DNA of 59,425 nt from an uncultured Bacteroidales bacterium (lineage in GTDB: Bacteria; Bacteroidota; Bacteroidia; Bacteroidales; UBA932), in the NCBI GenBank assembly GCA_900320965.1, contig ONUG01000002.1:1-59425 (forward strand), in the 5' to 3' direction. The position numbers and the translations under genes are program-made. The notes below the pieces were generated by a model that was not told the origin of the DNA, made no database searches, and was given only the letters and a program-made list of their open reading frames with translations. Below, piece after piece: positions 1-7,767 of the stretch. Numbering within the stretch: the first letter of the stretch is position 1; every line of letters starts with the position of its first letter.

Positions 1-987
1 GAAGCCGAACGGGAAGTTGAACTCGATGTCGGTGGCGGCGTTGGCGTAGTGGGCCAGTTTCTCGTGGTCGTGGAAGCGGTAGTTCTCCGCGCCCATGCCG
101 AGGTTGACATGCCACTTCATGCGGTTCTCCTTCCACTTGGCGAACCACTCCATCTCAGTTCCGGGACGGCAGAAGAATTCCATCTCCATCTGCTCGAACT
201 CTTTCATCCTGAATATGAACTGCCTGGCTACGATCTCGTTACGGAAAGCCTTTCCGATCTGGGCGATTCCGAAAGGAATCTTCATGCGGCCGGTCTTCTG
301 GACGTTGAGGTACTCGACGAATATTCCCTGGGCGGTTTCAGGACGGAGATAAAGCACGTCGTCTGAATTACCGGTTGTGGAGCCCTGGGTGCTGAACATC
401 AGGTTGAACTGCCTGACTTCGGTCCAGTTGGCGGTGCCGGAGATGGGGCAGACGATGCCGCAGTCGATGATGATGTCGCGGTAAGCCTTGAGGTCGTTGG
501 CATCCTCGGCAGCCTTGTAGCGCTCGTGTACCTCGTCATATTTCTTCTTCTCACGGAGGACGTTAGGGTTCGTGGCCCTGAACTGCTCCTCGTTAAAGGC
601 TTCGCCGAATTTCTTGCGGCCCTTAGCTACCTCTTTCTCGATCTTCTCCTCGATCTTTCCGAGATAATCCTCGATAAGGTTGTCGGCGCGGTAGCGCTTC
701 TTGGAGTCCTTGTTGTCGATCAGAGGGTCGTTGAAGGCGGCCACATGGCCGGAAGCGACCCAAGTCTTAGGGTGCATGAACACGCAGGTGTCTATTCCGA
801 CCACATTCTCATTGAGACGGGTCATCGCCTCCCACCAGTAACGTTTGATGTTGTTCTTGAGCTCAACGCCCATCTGGCCATAGTCATAGACGGCTGCGAG
901 GCCATCATAGATCTCACTCGAAGGGAAGATGAATCCGTATTCCTTGCAGTGCGCGACCAGCACCTTGAAGAGTTCGTCCTGTGTCAT
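1..987 (-). CDS. glyQS: Glycine--tRNA ligase (eukaryote/archaeal-type homodimer), N-terminal part; runs off the window start
   Basis: The reverse strand from ATG 987 reads MTQDELFKVLVAHCKEYGFIFPSSEIYDGLAAVYDYGQMGVELKNNIKRYWW...SGHVAAFNDPLIDNKDSKKRYRAD...LRPETAQGIF. It is absent from the ORF track because there is no stop in the window. Confidence 0.95.
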   Translation of the reverse strand, partial: MTQDELFKVLVAHCKEYGFIFPSSEIYDGLAAVYDYGQMGVELKNNIKRYWWEAMTRLNENVVGIDTCVFMHPKTWVASGHVAAFNDPLIDNKDSKKRYRADNLIEDYLGKIEEKIEKEVAKGRKKFGEAFNEEQFRATNPNVLREKKKYDEVHERYKAAEDANDLKAYRDIIIDCGIVCPISGTANWTEVRQFNLMFSTQGSTTGNSDDVLYLRPETAQGIFVEYLNVQKTGRMKIPFGIAQIGKAFRNEIVARQFIFRMKEFEQMEMEFFCRPGTEMEWFAKWKENRMKWHVNLGMGAENYRFHDHEKLAHYANAATDIEFNFPFGF

Positions 988-1057
988 TTCTTAAATATCT
1001 TATATCTTTTATTATTCGAACGCGAAATTAAACAATTCGAGGGAAACTGCCATTGTT

Positions 1058-1876
1058 TTAGCGGACAAAAGCGATGTCGGCGAAGTCCTCAAGATTGTTC
1101 TCTATGATCCAGTCGATGTAGGTCATGAAGATCCAGGCTGTCAATTGGTAGCCTGCGGCATTCATGTGGCCCATCACGAAGTACTTAGACTGGAACTCTT
1201 TGGTCTCATAGTCAGGACCATACTTCTCCAAGTCAATAACATACACATTGTCAAACACTTCCGCCATTTTGCGAATGTTCTCGTTCATCTTTGTTTTTCC
1301 TTCGCTTTTCCATGCGGGCATTGTGACCACAAAGAAGCGGGCTTTAGGCTGGATACTCTTGATCCTCTGGATGATTCCGGCATAGTTGCCAGCGAAAGTG
1401 TCGGCGTTAAGGTGGTAGTCCTCCTTGTTGATGTCCGTCAACGGATTGCCTGGATCGACTTTTATGTTGTCGTCATTCTCACCCAGGGCGATAATGTAGG
1501 CCTGTTTGGGATTGACCTTGGCGTCAATGTCAGCATTGCGGTTGCATGGATGCTCCCAGAAGTGGTCGATCCAACCTTTGGCGGTCTCTCCGCCTTGGGA
1601 ATAATTCTCACCCTCAGCGCCTCCGATGGCAGCGACCATTCTCTGTCCCCAGGAATAGGCGTAATTGTCGTTGTAGCCCCTGTTCCCGTCAGAACGGATG
1701 TACTCGTGTTCCCCACTGCAAAGGGAGTCTCCTATGAATCCCCATTTGTGGATGATTGTGCACCAACCGGGGTTTCCCCTAACAATTTTGGCGAGTGGAT
1801 TTTCTTGAGCGTAGGATCCAGTAGAAAGAAGGGTCATCGCCACTACTACGAAAACAATTTTTCTCATGGTATTCAT
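1058..1876 (-). CDS. Secreted SGNH/GDSL hydrolase
   Basis: Signal peptide; block I FIGDSL, block III ALGEND, block V GHMNAAGY. Confidence 0.85.
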   Translation of the reverse strand: MNTMRKIVFVVVAMTLLSTGSYAQENPLAKIVRGNPGWCTIIHKWGFIGDSLCSGEHEYIRSDGNRGYNDNYAYSWGQRMVAAIGGAEGENYSQGGETAKGWIDHFWEHPCNRNADIDAKVNPKQAYIIALGENDDNIKVDPGNPLTDINKEDYHLNADTFAGNYAGIIQRIKSIQPKARFFVVTMPAWKSEGKTKMNENIRKMAEVFDNVYVIDLEKYGPDYETKEFQSKYFVMGHMNAAGYQLTAWIFMTYIDWIIENNLEDFADIAFVR

Positions 1877-1957
1877 AATTCTGGTCTTGTTTCAGTGATT
1901 ACTGTCCGCTAAGGTACGAAAAAATTTGTACCTTTAGGGTTGTCAAAACAAGATCAG

Positions 1958-3295
1958 ATGGATTCCAAACAAAGAATTGCTAAAGCGCTGCAGGTGGCGA
2001 CAGACACCAAGGTGTTTGAGATGGGCCGAGGGGTAAGTTCCTTGGCCCCAGAGATTTTCAATAGATTTTTTCCGGGTCGTAAGGCCAAGATAATCGCGGA
2101 CATCCACACATGGCCGGTCCTCGGTGAGAAGGTTTACGGGCTCTTTAAGGATGCCGGAATACCCGTGGAGAAATTTGTCATCATGGAGGAAGAATTCCAT
2201 GCCGAGTGGGATTACATAGAGATGGTTGACAAGGAGCTTGACGGCGGATTTATCGCTGTGTCAGTGGGTTCCGGAGTTATCAACGATCTTTGCAAGCTTT
2301 GCTCCCACCATCATGAGCAGCAATATTTGACACTTCCTACCGCCGCATCGGTTGATGGATATTCATCTTTCGGGGCGTCGATCTCTTATCAGAATTCCAA
2401 GCAGACATTTTCTTGTCCTGCCCCGGTGGCCATCTTGGCTGACATAGATGTGATCGCTGCCGCTCCGAAGGAGATGACAGCCGCTGGCTATGCCGATCTG
2501 GCCGCCAAAGTCCCGGCTGGAGCTGAGTGGATGGTGGCTGACTTGATGGGCGCGGCTCCGATCAAGCCGGATGCGTGGCATGTGCTCCAGGACTATCTTG
2601 ACGATCTTCTGGCCAATCCCGAAGGAGTCGCGACTGGGGATCCAGATGCGGTCTCAGATTTGTTTGAAGGATTGACACTGAGCGGTATAGCTATGCAGGC
2701 CGCACAGTCCAGCCGTCCAGCATCTTGCTGTGACCACTTGTTCAGCCACATTCTGGACATGACCCATCACAGGTATAAGGGAAAGCTCCAGTCCCACGGG
2801 TTCCAGGTGGCGATTGGCACCTTGACGATGTGCGCGGTCTTTGATGAGCTCTTCAAACTGGATCTGACGAAATTGGATGTCGACGCTTGTGTCAACGCTT
2901 GGCCGACGCTTAAGGAAGAGCAGGCCAGGGCCTTGGAGATATTCAAGGATTTTCCTGCGCCCACTCTTGGTTTTGACAACATCACCAAGAAGTACAACGA
3001 CCCTCAGACCGTCCGGGAGCAACTTGTTGTGTTCCGGGATTCCTGGCCGGAGATCAAAGCAAAGCTTCAGGCCCAGGTTTATTCTTTCGAGAAAATGCAG
3101 GGTCTTTTCAAGGCCGCCGGGGCTCCGTATGATCCTTCGATGATCGGGGTCAGCCGCCAGGCGCTAAAAGACATGTTCCCTATCGTCCAGCTAATGCGTC
3201 ACAGGATGAATGTGCTTGACCTCGCGAAGAGAGGAGGTTTTTACGATCGTCTGGTCGAAGGGGTTTTCGCTCCAGGAGGGGCTTGGGAGATCTAG
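1958..3295 (+). CDS. sn-glycerol-1-phosphate dehydrogenase family (AraM/EgsA-like, DHQS/Fe-ADH superfamily)
   Basis: Motifs VGSGVINDLCK, PTAASVDGYSS, AGYADLAAK, SSRPASCCDHLFSH, HGFQVAIG. ATG at 1958 preferred to TTG 1940. Confidence 0.85.
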   Translation: MDSKQRIAKALQVATDTKVFEMGRGVSSLAPEIFNRFFPGRKAKIIADIHTWPVLGEKVYGLFKDAGIPVEKFVIMEEEFHAEWDYIEMVDKELDGGFIAVSVGSGVINDLCKLCSHHHEQQYLTLPTAASVDGYSSFGASISYQNSKQTFSCPAPVAILADIDVIAAAPKEMTAAGYADLAAKVPAGAEWMVADLMGAAPIKPDAWHVLQDYLDDLLANPEGVATGDPDAVSDLFEGLTLSGIAMQAAQSSRPASCCDHLFSHILDMTHHRYKGKLQSHGFQVAIGTLTMCAVFDELFKLDLTKLDVDACVNAWPTLKEEQARALEIFKDFPAPTLGFDNITKKYNDPQTVREQLVVFRDSWPEIKAKLQAQVYSFEKMQGLFKAAGAPYDPSMIGVSRQALKDMFPIVQLMRHRMNVLDLAKRGGFYDRLVEGVFAPGGAWEI

Positions 3296-3301
3296 AAATC
3301 A

Positions 3302-3697
3302 ATGGTTTTCAGGGGGACAGGAGTACCGGGATTCGCCAAGGGGCGGGCGTTCGTGGCCATTGACCGCGGGCAGCGTAATCCTTATGAGGACATTCCTCCA
3401 GGAAGCGTTCTTGTGGCTCGCACCGTCTTTCTGTCCGATTCGGTGATGATCAACTTCAACAATGTTGTCGCGATGGTCATGATCGAGGATCCGGCCGGGC
3501 ATGTGAGCCTTCTCGCCCGTGGGCTCGGGATCCCGGCTGTAGTTGGTGTAAATAATTGCCTGAGTGAGATTTACAATGGAGACAGGGTGCTTATCCAGAA
3601 TCTTGATGTGATAGTCAATCCAGATCTTTCGACACTTGAGGAGTTCGACCGGATCCGCAGGGAGTCGGATCCCCAGCTCAGTCTTGACCTGCGATAG
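3302..3697 (+). CDS. Stand-alone PEP-utilising enzyme mobile (phosphohistidine) domain protein
   Basis: GHVSLLARGLGIPAVVG matches the SHxAIxARxxGIPAVVG signature. The N-terminus GVPGFAKGRA and C-terminus VIVNPDLSTLEEF resemble the PTS enzyme I N-domain. Only 131 aa. Confidence 0.75.
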   Translation: MVFRGTGVPGFAKGRAFVAIDRGQRNPYEDIPPGSVLVARTVFLSDSVMINFNNVVAMVMIEDPAGHVSLLARGLGIPAVVGVNNCLSEIYNGDRVLIQNLDVIVNPDLSTLEEFDRIRRESDPQLSLDLR

Positions 3698-5192
3698 CTT
3701 GGGCCTTCCCGAGCACCCTCATGAAGTTGCCTCCCCAGAACCCTTTTATCTGCTCATCTGAATAACCATGTTCAATCATCTTGATTGTCAGGTTGATGAG
3801 ATCATTGTCTCCGTTGCAGCCCCAGACCCCGCCGCCACCGTCGAAATCACTGCCGATCCCTACGTGTTCAGCGCCAGCAACTTCCACACAATGATCAAAG
3901 TGGGCCATCATGTCGTCGATTGTCATTTTTTCCCTTGGACGGCCGAGATATTCAGGGACGGAATAGACTTGGATGACTCCGCCGTTCTTGGCTAGGGCTT
4001 TCAGTTGTTTGTCGTCAAGCCCGCGGTCATGGCCATAGACGGCCCTGGCTCCGGAATGGGAGCAGATAACAGGGGCCTTGCTTAAAGAGATGCAGTCCCA
4101 GAATGTGCCTTGTGAAGGGTGGGAAAGGTCGATGAGGATGCCTTGGCGGTTCATCTCTTCCACCACTTCCCGTCCGAAAGCGGTCAATCCTTTGCTTGGA
4201 TCGCTTCCGTGCCTGGAGGAGGTGTTGCAGATTGCGTTGTCACGGAAGTGACTGAGGGATATGTAGATAACTCCGAGGTCTTTAAGGGTTTTGATGTTTT
4301 TGATGTCGTTTCCGATCCCATAACCGTTCTCCAGGGCGATCATGAATACTTTTTTGCCGAGAGCTTTGATGGAGTCTGCTTGGGCAGGGGTCGAGGCTAA
4401 AGCGCAAATGGCGGAGTGTTCAGAGACATCCTCTCTGATCCTGGCGATCTGGGCGAGGTTTTTCTGATAAGCCTTCGAAGCTGAAGCATCGTCAGACGGC
4501 CCTTGCCAGAGAAAACTGACCAGTACTTGAGCGTCAAGGTGTCCCTCGTCCATTTTCGGAACACCACTCTGGCTCAGGTTTCGTCTTCCTACGGACCACC
4601 CTTTTGAGTAATTCTCCGGCAGGTCACAGTGGGTGTCAAGAGTGAATATGCTGTCCATCAGGTTGGCGGCTTTGCGGTAAGTCTTTGCTTTCCTGACAAG
4701 ATCCTCATAGGTTGAGATCCCGCAGGGAAGCCTTTTTAGGCCGTTGTCTATGATGGATGTCATAGAGGATTCGCCGATAAAAGGGATATTCCTGTCGGTT
4801 ATCGTTTTGTAGACTAAGAGGGAGTATTCATCACTGGCCTTCACCCATCCATCCGGCAGGACGGCCCCGTCCCATTGTTCGGAAGCTTCTCTGAGACTGA
4901 CACTTGAGCATCCTTTTCCCGGCATGTCGACTGCCTCTCCGCCGGCCTTCATGACCATCTGTCTTATAAAGTCGGCTTCTTCGATGTCCGGCACGGCTAT
5001 CCTTGGCTTAAGAAACACATCCCTCGTGTCTTTCTGAGCGAAGCGAAGAATCCCATAACCCTCACTTATTTCCAAGTCAGCCTTCTGGAACAGTGCCTTC
5101 ACCGTTTCGGGGTAGTTAACCTCCTGTGCCCTTACTCCAGACATAGACACAAGAATGGCGAATACTACGGATAATGACAGTTTTTTTACCAT
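3678..5192 (-). CDS. Membrane dipeptidase (peptidase M19) with a degenerate N-terminal glutamine-amidotransferase-like region
   Basis: Motifs LDTHCD, ALENGY, IDLSH, SHSG, HVGIGSDFDGGG, GGNFMRV; signal peptide. Overlaps the convergent neighbouring gene by 20 nt. Confidence 0.85.
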   Translation of the reverse strand: MVKKLSLSVVFAILVSMSGVRAQEVNYPETVKALFQKADLEISEGYGILRFAQKDTRDVFLKPRIAVPDIEEADFIRQMVMKAGGEAVDMPGKGCSSVSLREASEQWDGAVLPDGWVKASDEYSLLVYKTITDRNIPFIGESSMTSIIDNGLKRLPCGISTYEDLVRKAKTYRKAANLMDSIFTLDTHCDLPENYSKGWSVGRRNLSQSGVPKMDEGHLDAQVLVSFLWQGPSDDASASKAYQKNLAQIARIREDVSEHSAICALASTPAQADSIKALGKKVFMIALENGYGIGNDIKNIKTLKDLGVIYISLSHFRDNAICNTSSRHGSDPSKGLTAFGREVVEEMNRQGILIDLSHPSQGTFWDCISLSKAPVICSHSGARAVYGHDRGLDDKQLKALAKNGGVIQVYSVPEYLGRPREKMTIDDMMAHFDHCVEVAGAEHVGIGSDFDGGGGVWGCNGDNDLINLTIKMIEHGYSDEQIKGFWGGNFMRVLGKAQAIAGQD

Positions 5193-5245
5193 GACAGACG
5201 CGAAGTTAGGTTGTTTTTATTATATTGCGTCAAATAAACTGGACT

Positions 5246-6013
5246 ATGATTAATGATTTTACTTCGCGTTCTTGGCTCCAGGCCCTTTTGGAGTTGTTCT
5301 TTCCTAGGTTCTGCCTGGTTTGCGGAAATAGGCTTCCTCTTGATGAGAGACACATCTGCTCTCATTGCCTAAAGGATCTCCCTAGGACATACTATTCAAA
5401 AATGTCTCGGAATCGGATGGCCGATCGCCTGAATGCATTTATTCAAAGAGATTTGGACGTCGGGCAAAGTCTCCGAGGAGATGCTCCGGTGCCATATTCC
5501 TATGCGACCGCCCTGTTTTTCTATCGTGCCGGTACCGGCTACCGCGACATTACCAAGCATCTTAAGTACCACGGGGATTTGTCAGCAGGTCGTTATTTCT
5601 CAGAAATGCTTGCTGATGAGTTGGTTAGTTCAGATTTGTATTCCGATGTGGATGTTGTTATCCCGGTTCCTCTCCATTGGACCAGGCGTTGGTCCAGGGG
5701 ATTCAATCAAGCGGAAGTTATCGCAAGCGTTCTGGCAAGGCGCTTAGGTGCTTCTTTACGGGAAGACGTCCTTTCGAGGCGCAGGAAAACAAAGACGCAG
5801 ACACGTCTTTCTCTCGAAGGGAAGGCGGCCAATGTGGCCGGGGCGTTCATGGTAAATAAGGGTGTAAAGCTGACCGGTTGCTCCCATGTCCTGATTGTAG
5901 ATGATGTTTTCACTACCGGATCGACGGTCCACGAATGTTATAAGGCGTTAAGGAGTTTATGCCCTCCAAATACCCGGATTTCAGTTGCGACTTTGGCTTG
6001 TGTTGGGGACTGA
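5246..6013 (+). CDS. comF: ComF family protein (double zinc ribbon plus phosphoribosyltransferase domain)
   Basis: FPRFCLVCG...ICSHC, VIPVPLH, RGFNQAE, LIVDDVFTTGST. Confidence 0.9.
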   Translation: MINDFTSRSWLQALLELFFPRFCLVCGNRLPLDERHICSHCLKDLPRTYYSKMSRNRMADRLNAFIQRDLDVGQSLRGDAPVPYSYATALFFYRAGTGYRDITKHLKYHGDLSAGRYFSEMLADELVSSDLYSDVDVVIPVPLHWTRRWSRGFNQAEVIASVLARRLGASLREDVLSRRRKTKTQTRLSLEGKAANVAGAFMVNKGVKLTGCSHVLIVDDVFTTGSTVHECYKALRSLCPPNTRISVATLACVGD

Positions 6014-6189
6014 AAAATTGTAACTAAAACAATTTAAATAACAATTTAAACGATTTTAAATAGTAGATTCTGCTTGGGATTTTTGAAGATTATTAAACCG
6101 GTTTTAAAATTTCGTAATTGTTTATATTATTAATAAAGAATGATTTAAATCAATTAAATAAACTTTTCTTTAAAAATTGTTACAAAAAA

Positions 6190-6220
6190 TTTGCATAAAT
6201 AAAAAAAAGGCGTACCTTTG
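6190..6220 (+). promoter_or_regulatory. Bacteroidetes primary-sigma promoter (-33 TTTG, -7 TACCTTTG) for the downstream sRNA
   Basis: TTTG 6190-6193, a 19-nt spacer and TACCTTTG 6213-6220 match the consensus exactly. An AT-rich tract lies upstream. Confidence 0.8.
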
Positions 6221-6223
6221 CAT

Positions 6224-6342
6224 TCGGGTTGAGGATGAAGGTTCTCTTCACCGACAACCCGATTGGTTATTAGTTTTAGTGTTATTAATTATGTGGTTAG
6301 AGTGAGGGTCCACGCGGGAAGCGTCGACGCTCATTTTTTTTT
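6224..6342 (+). ncRNA. Putative small regulatory RNA (about 120 nt)
   Basis: Starts just after the promoter. 5' hairpin: TCGGGTTG (6224-6231) pairs with CAACCCGA (6255-6262), with inner TGAAG/CTTCA. Then a U-rich linker, a 3' hairpin TGAG.GTC.ACGC-GGGAA-GCGT.GAC.CTCA and T9. There is no + strand gene downstream because nhaA is convergent. Confidence 0.7.
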
Positions 6343-6346
6343 GCTA

Positions 6347-7762
6347 TTACTGCCCTTGCTTGCTTTCCAGTTTGTTAATGACGGTGATAAGCAGGCTTCC
6401 GAGCAGGCCGGCACAAAGCGAGCCCATCAGGACAGCCACCTTGCCCATGTCGCGGAGCTTGGACATGATTTCCGGAGTCTGGTCGCCGAATGAAAGGGTG
6501 TCAACGAATATCGACATGGTAAAGCCGATACCTCCAAGGCAGGCCACGGCTATGAGCATCTTCCATGAGGCGTTGGCGGGCATTTCCCCAGCCTTGAGTT
6601 TCACCGCGATAAAGCTTGCGAGCGAGATGCCGAGAGGCTTTCCAATGAGGAGTCCCAAGAATATTCCCATGCTGACTCCGCCAAGAGCGGGATCGAAGTG
6701 GAACACGTTGAAATAGGACACGTCAGGAATCTCCACTCCTGCATTGGCCAGGGCGAAGAGAGGCATGATCAGGAAGTTGACCCAGGGTCCAAGGGCGTGC
6801 TCAAGGCGGTAGCTCATGGGAATTGCTCCCTTTGAGATGACGCTCATTCTCCGCAGGCAATGCCTCTGGGGGCCATTGGGGAATTCAGCCGAGGTGGAAG
6901 CGATGCCGTTGTACTCGTTGAGCCTGTTGATGTATTGGATTCTCTTGCGGTGGAAATAGGCCTCGTTGTAGCGAGGAGTCATCGGGACAAGGAACGCCAT
7001 CACCACGCCAGACATTGTCGAGTGTATTCCTGAATAGTAGAACAGGGCCCAGATCACCATGGCGGGGATGAAGTAGTACCAGCTGCGCTTCTCTCCCAAC
7101 TTGTTCATTATCAATATCAAAATGATCAAGACGACCGCTATGCTGAGCAGGCCGAAGTTAATCGTTCCGCCATAGAAGAGGGCGACCACAAGGATGGCTA
7201 TCAGGTCATCAGCGATGGCCAAGGCGGTTAGGAAAACCTTCAGGGACACAGGCACTTTGTCGCCGAGGATCGAGAGGATTCCGACAGCGAAAGCGATGTC
7301 GGTGGCGGTGGGAATTCCCCATCCGGTGGAAGCGGCTGTGCCATGGTTAACGAGGGTGAAGATCAATGCTGGGGCCACAACGCCACCGAAGGCGGCGATG
7401 ACCGGCATCAAGGCCTTCTTCACGCTTGAGAGCTCTCCGTTCTTCATCTCCCTGCGGATCTCAAGTCCGACGGTGAAGAAGAAAACGGTCATCAGGATGT
7501 CGTTGATGAAGCTTTCCACAGTCATTCCTTTCGGGAACAGGATATCCTTGCCTCCTGGGGTCTTGAAGAAGATCGACAATTTGGTTTCCAGGATGCTATG
7601 ATAAAGCTCCTTTGTGAAAGGAAGGTTCGCTAGAAGCATGGCTACCACGACGCAAGCAAGGAGGATAACCCCTTGCGCCCAAGGTTGGTTGGAGAATTTG
7701 CGTCTGCGATGGTCGAAGTTTCTAATGCCTTTAGTCCAAGTGTAGATAGGAAATAGTCTCAT
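6347..7762 (-). CDS. nhaA: Na+/H+ antiporter NhaA
   Basis: INDILMTVFFFTVGLEI, GWGIPTATDIAFA, FLTALAIADDL, PLFALANAG, GIGFTMSIF. Confidence 0.95.
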   Translation of the reverse strand: MRLFPIYTWTKGIRNFDHRRRKFSNQPWAQGVILLACVVVAMLLANLPFTKELYHSILETKLSIFFKTPGGKDILFPKGMTVESFINDILMTVFFFTVGLEIRREMKNGELSSVKKALMPVIAAFGGVVAPALIFTLVNHGTAASTGWGIPTATDIAFAVGILSILGDKVPVSLKVFLTALAIADDLIAILVVALFYGGTINFGLLSIAVVLIILILIMNKLGEKRSWYYFIPAMVIWALFYYSGIHSTMSGVVMAFLVPMTPRYNEAYFHRKRIQYINRLNEYNGIASTSAEFPNGPQRHCLRRMSVISKGAIPMSYRLEHALGPWVNFLIMPLFALANAGVEIPDVSYFNVFHFDPALGGVSMGIFLGLLIGKPLGISLASFIAVKLKAGEMPANASWKMLIAVACLGGIGFTMSIFVDTLSFGDQTPEIMSKLRDMGKVAVLMGSLCAGLLGSLLITVINKLESKQGQ

Positions 7763-7767
7763 GATTA

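Noticed and set aside
49-1107. Plus-strand ORFs 49-366 and 526-1107
   Set aside because: Antisense shadows of glyQS, which is on the minus strand.
5461-5488. Palindromic patch inside comF (TCTCC-GA-GGAGA)
   Set aside because: Short, single copy and unrelated to the REP family; could be chance.
6263-6493. 76-aa plus-strand ORF after the sRNA promoter
   Set aside because: It has a TTG start, runs through the terminator and is antisense to nhaA; the RNA interpretation fits better.
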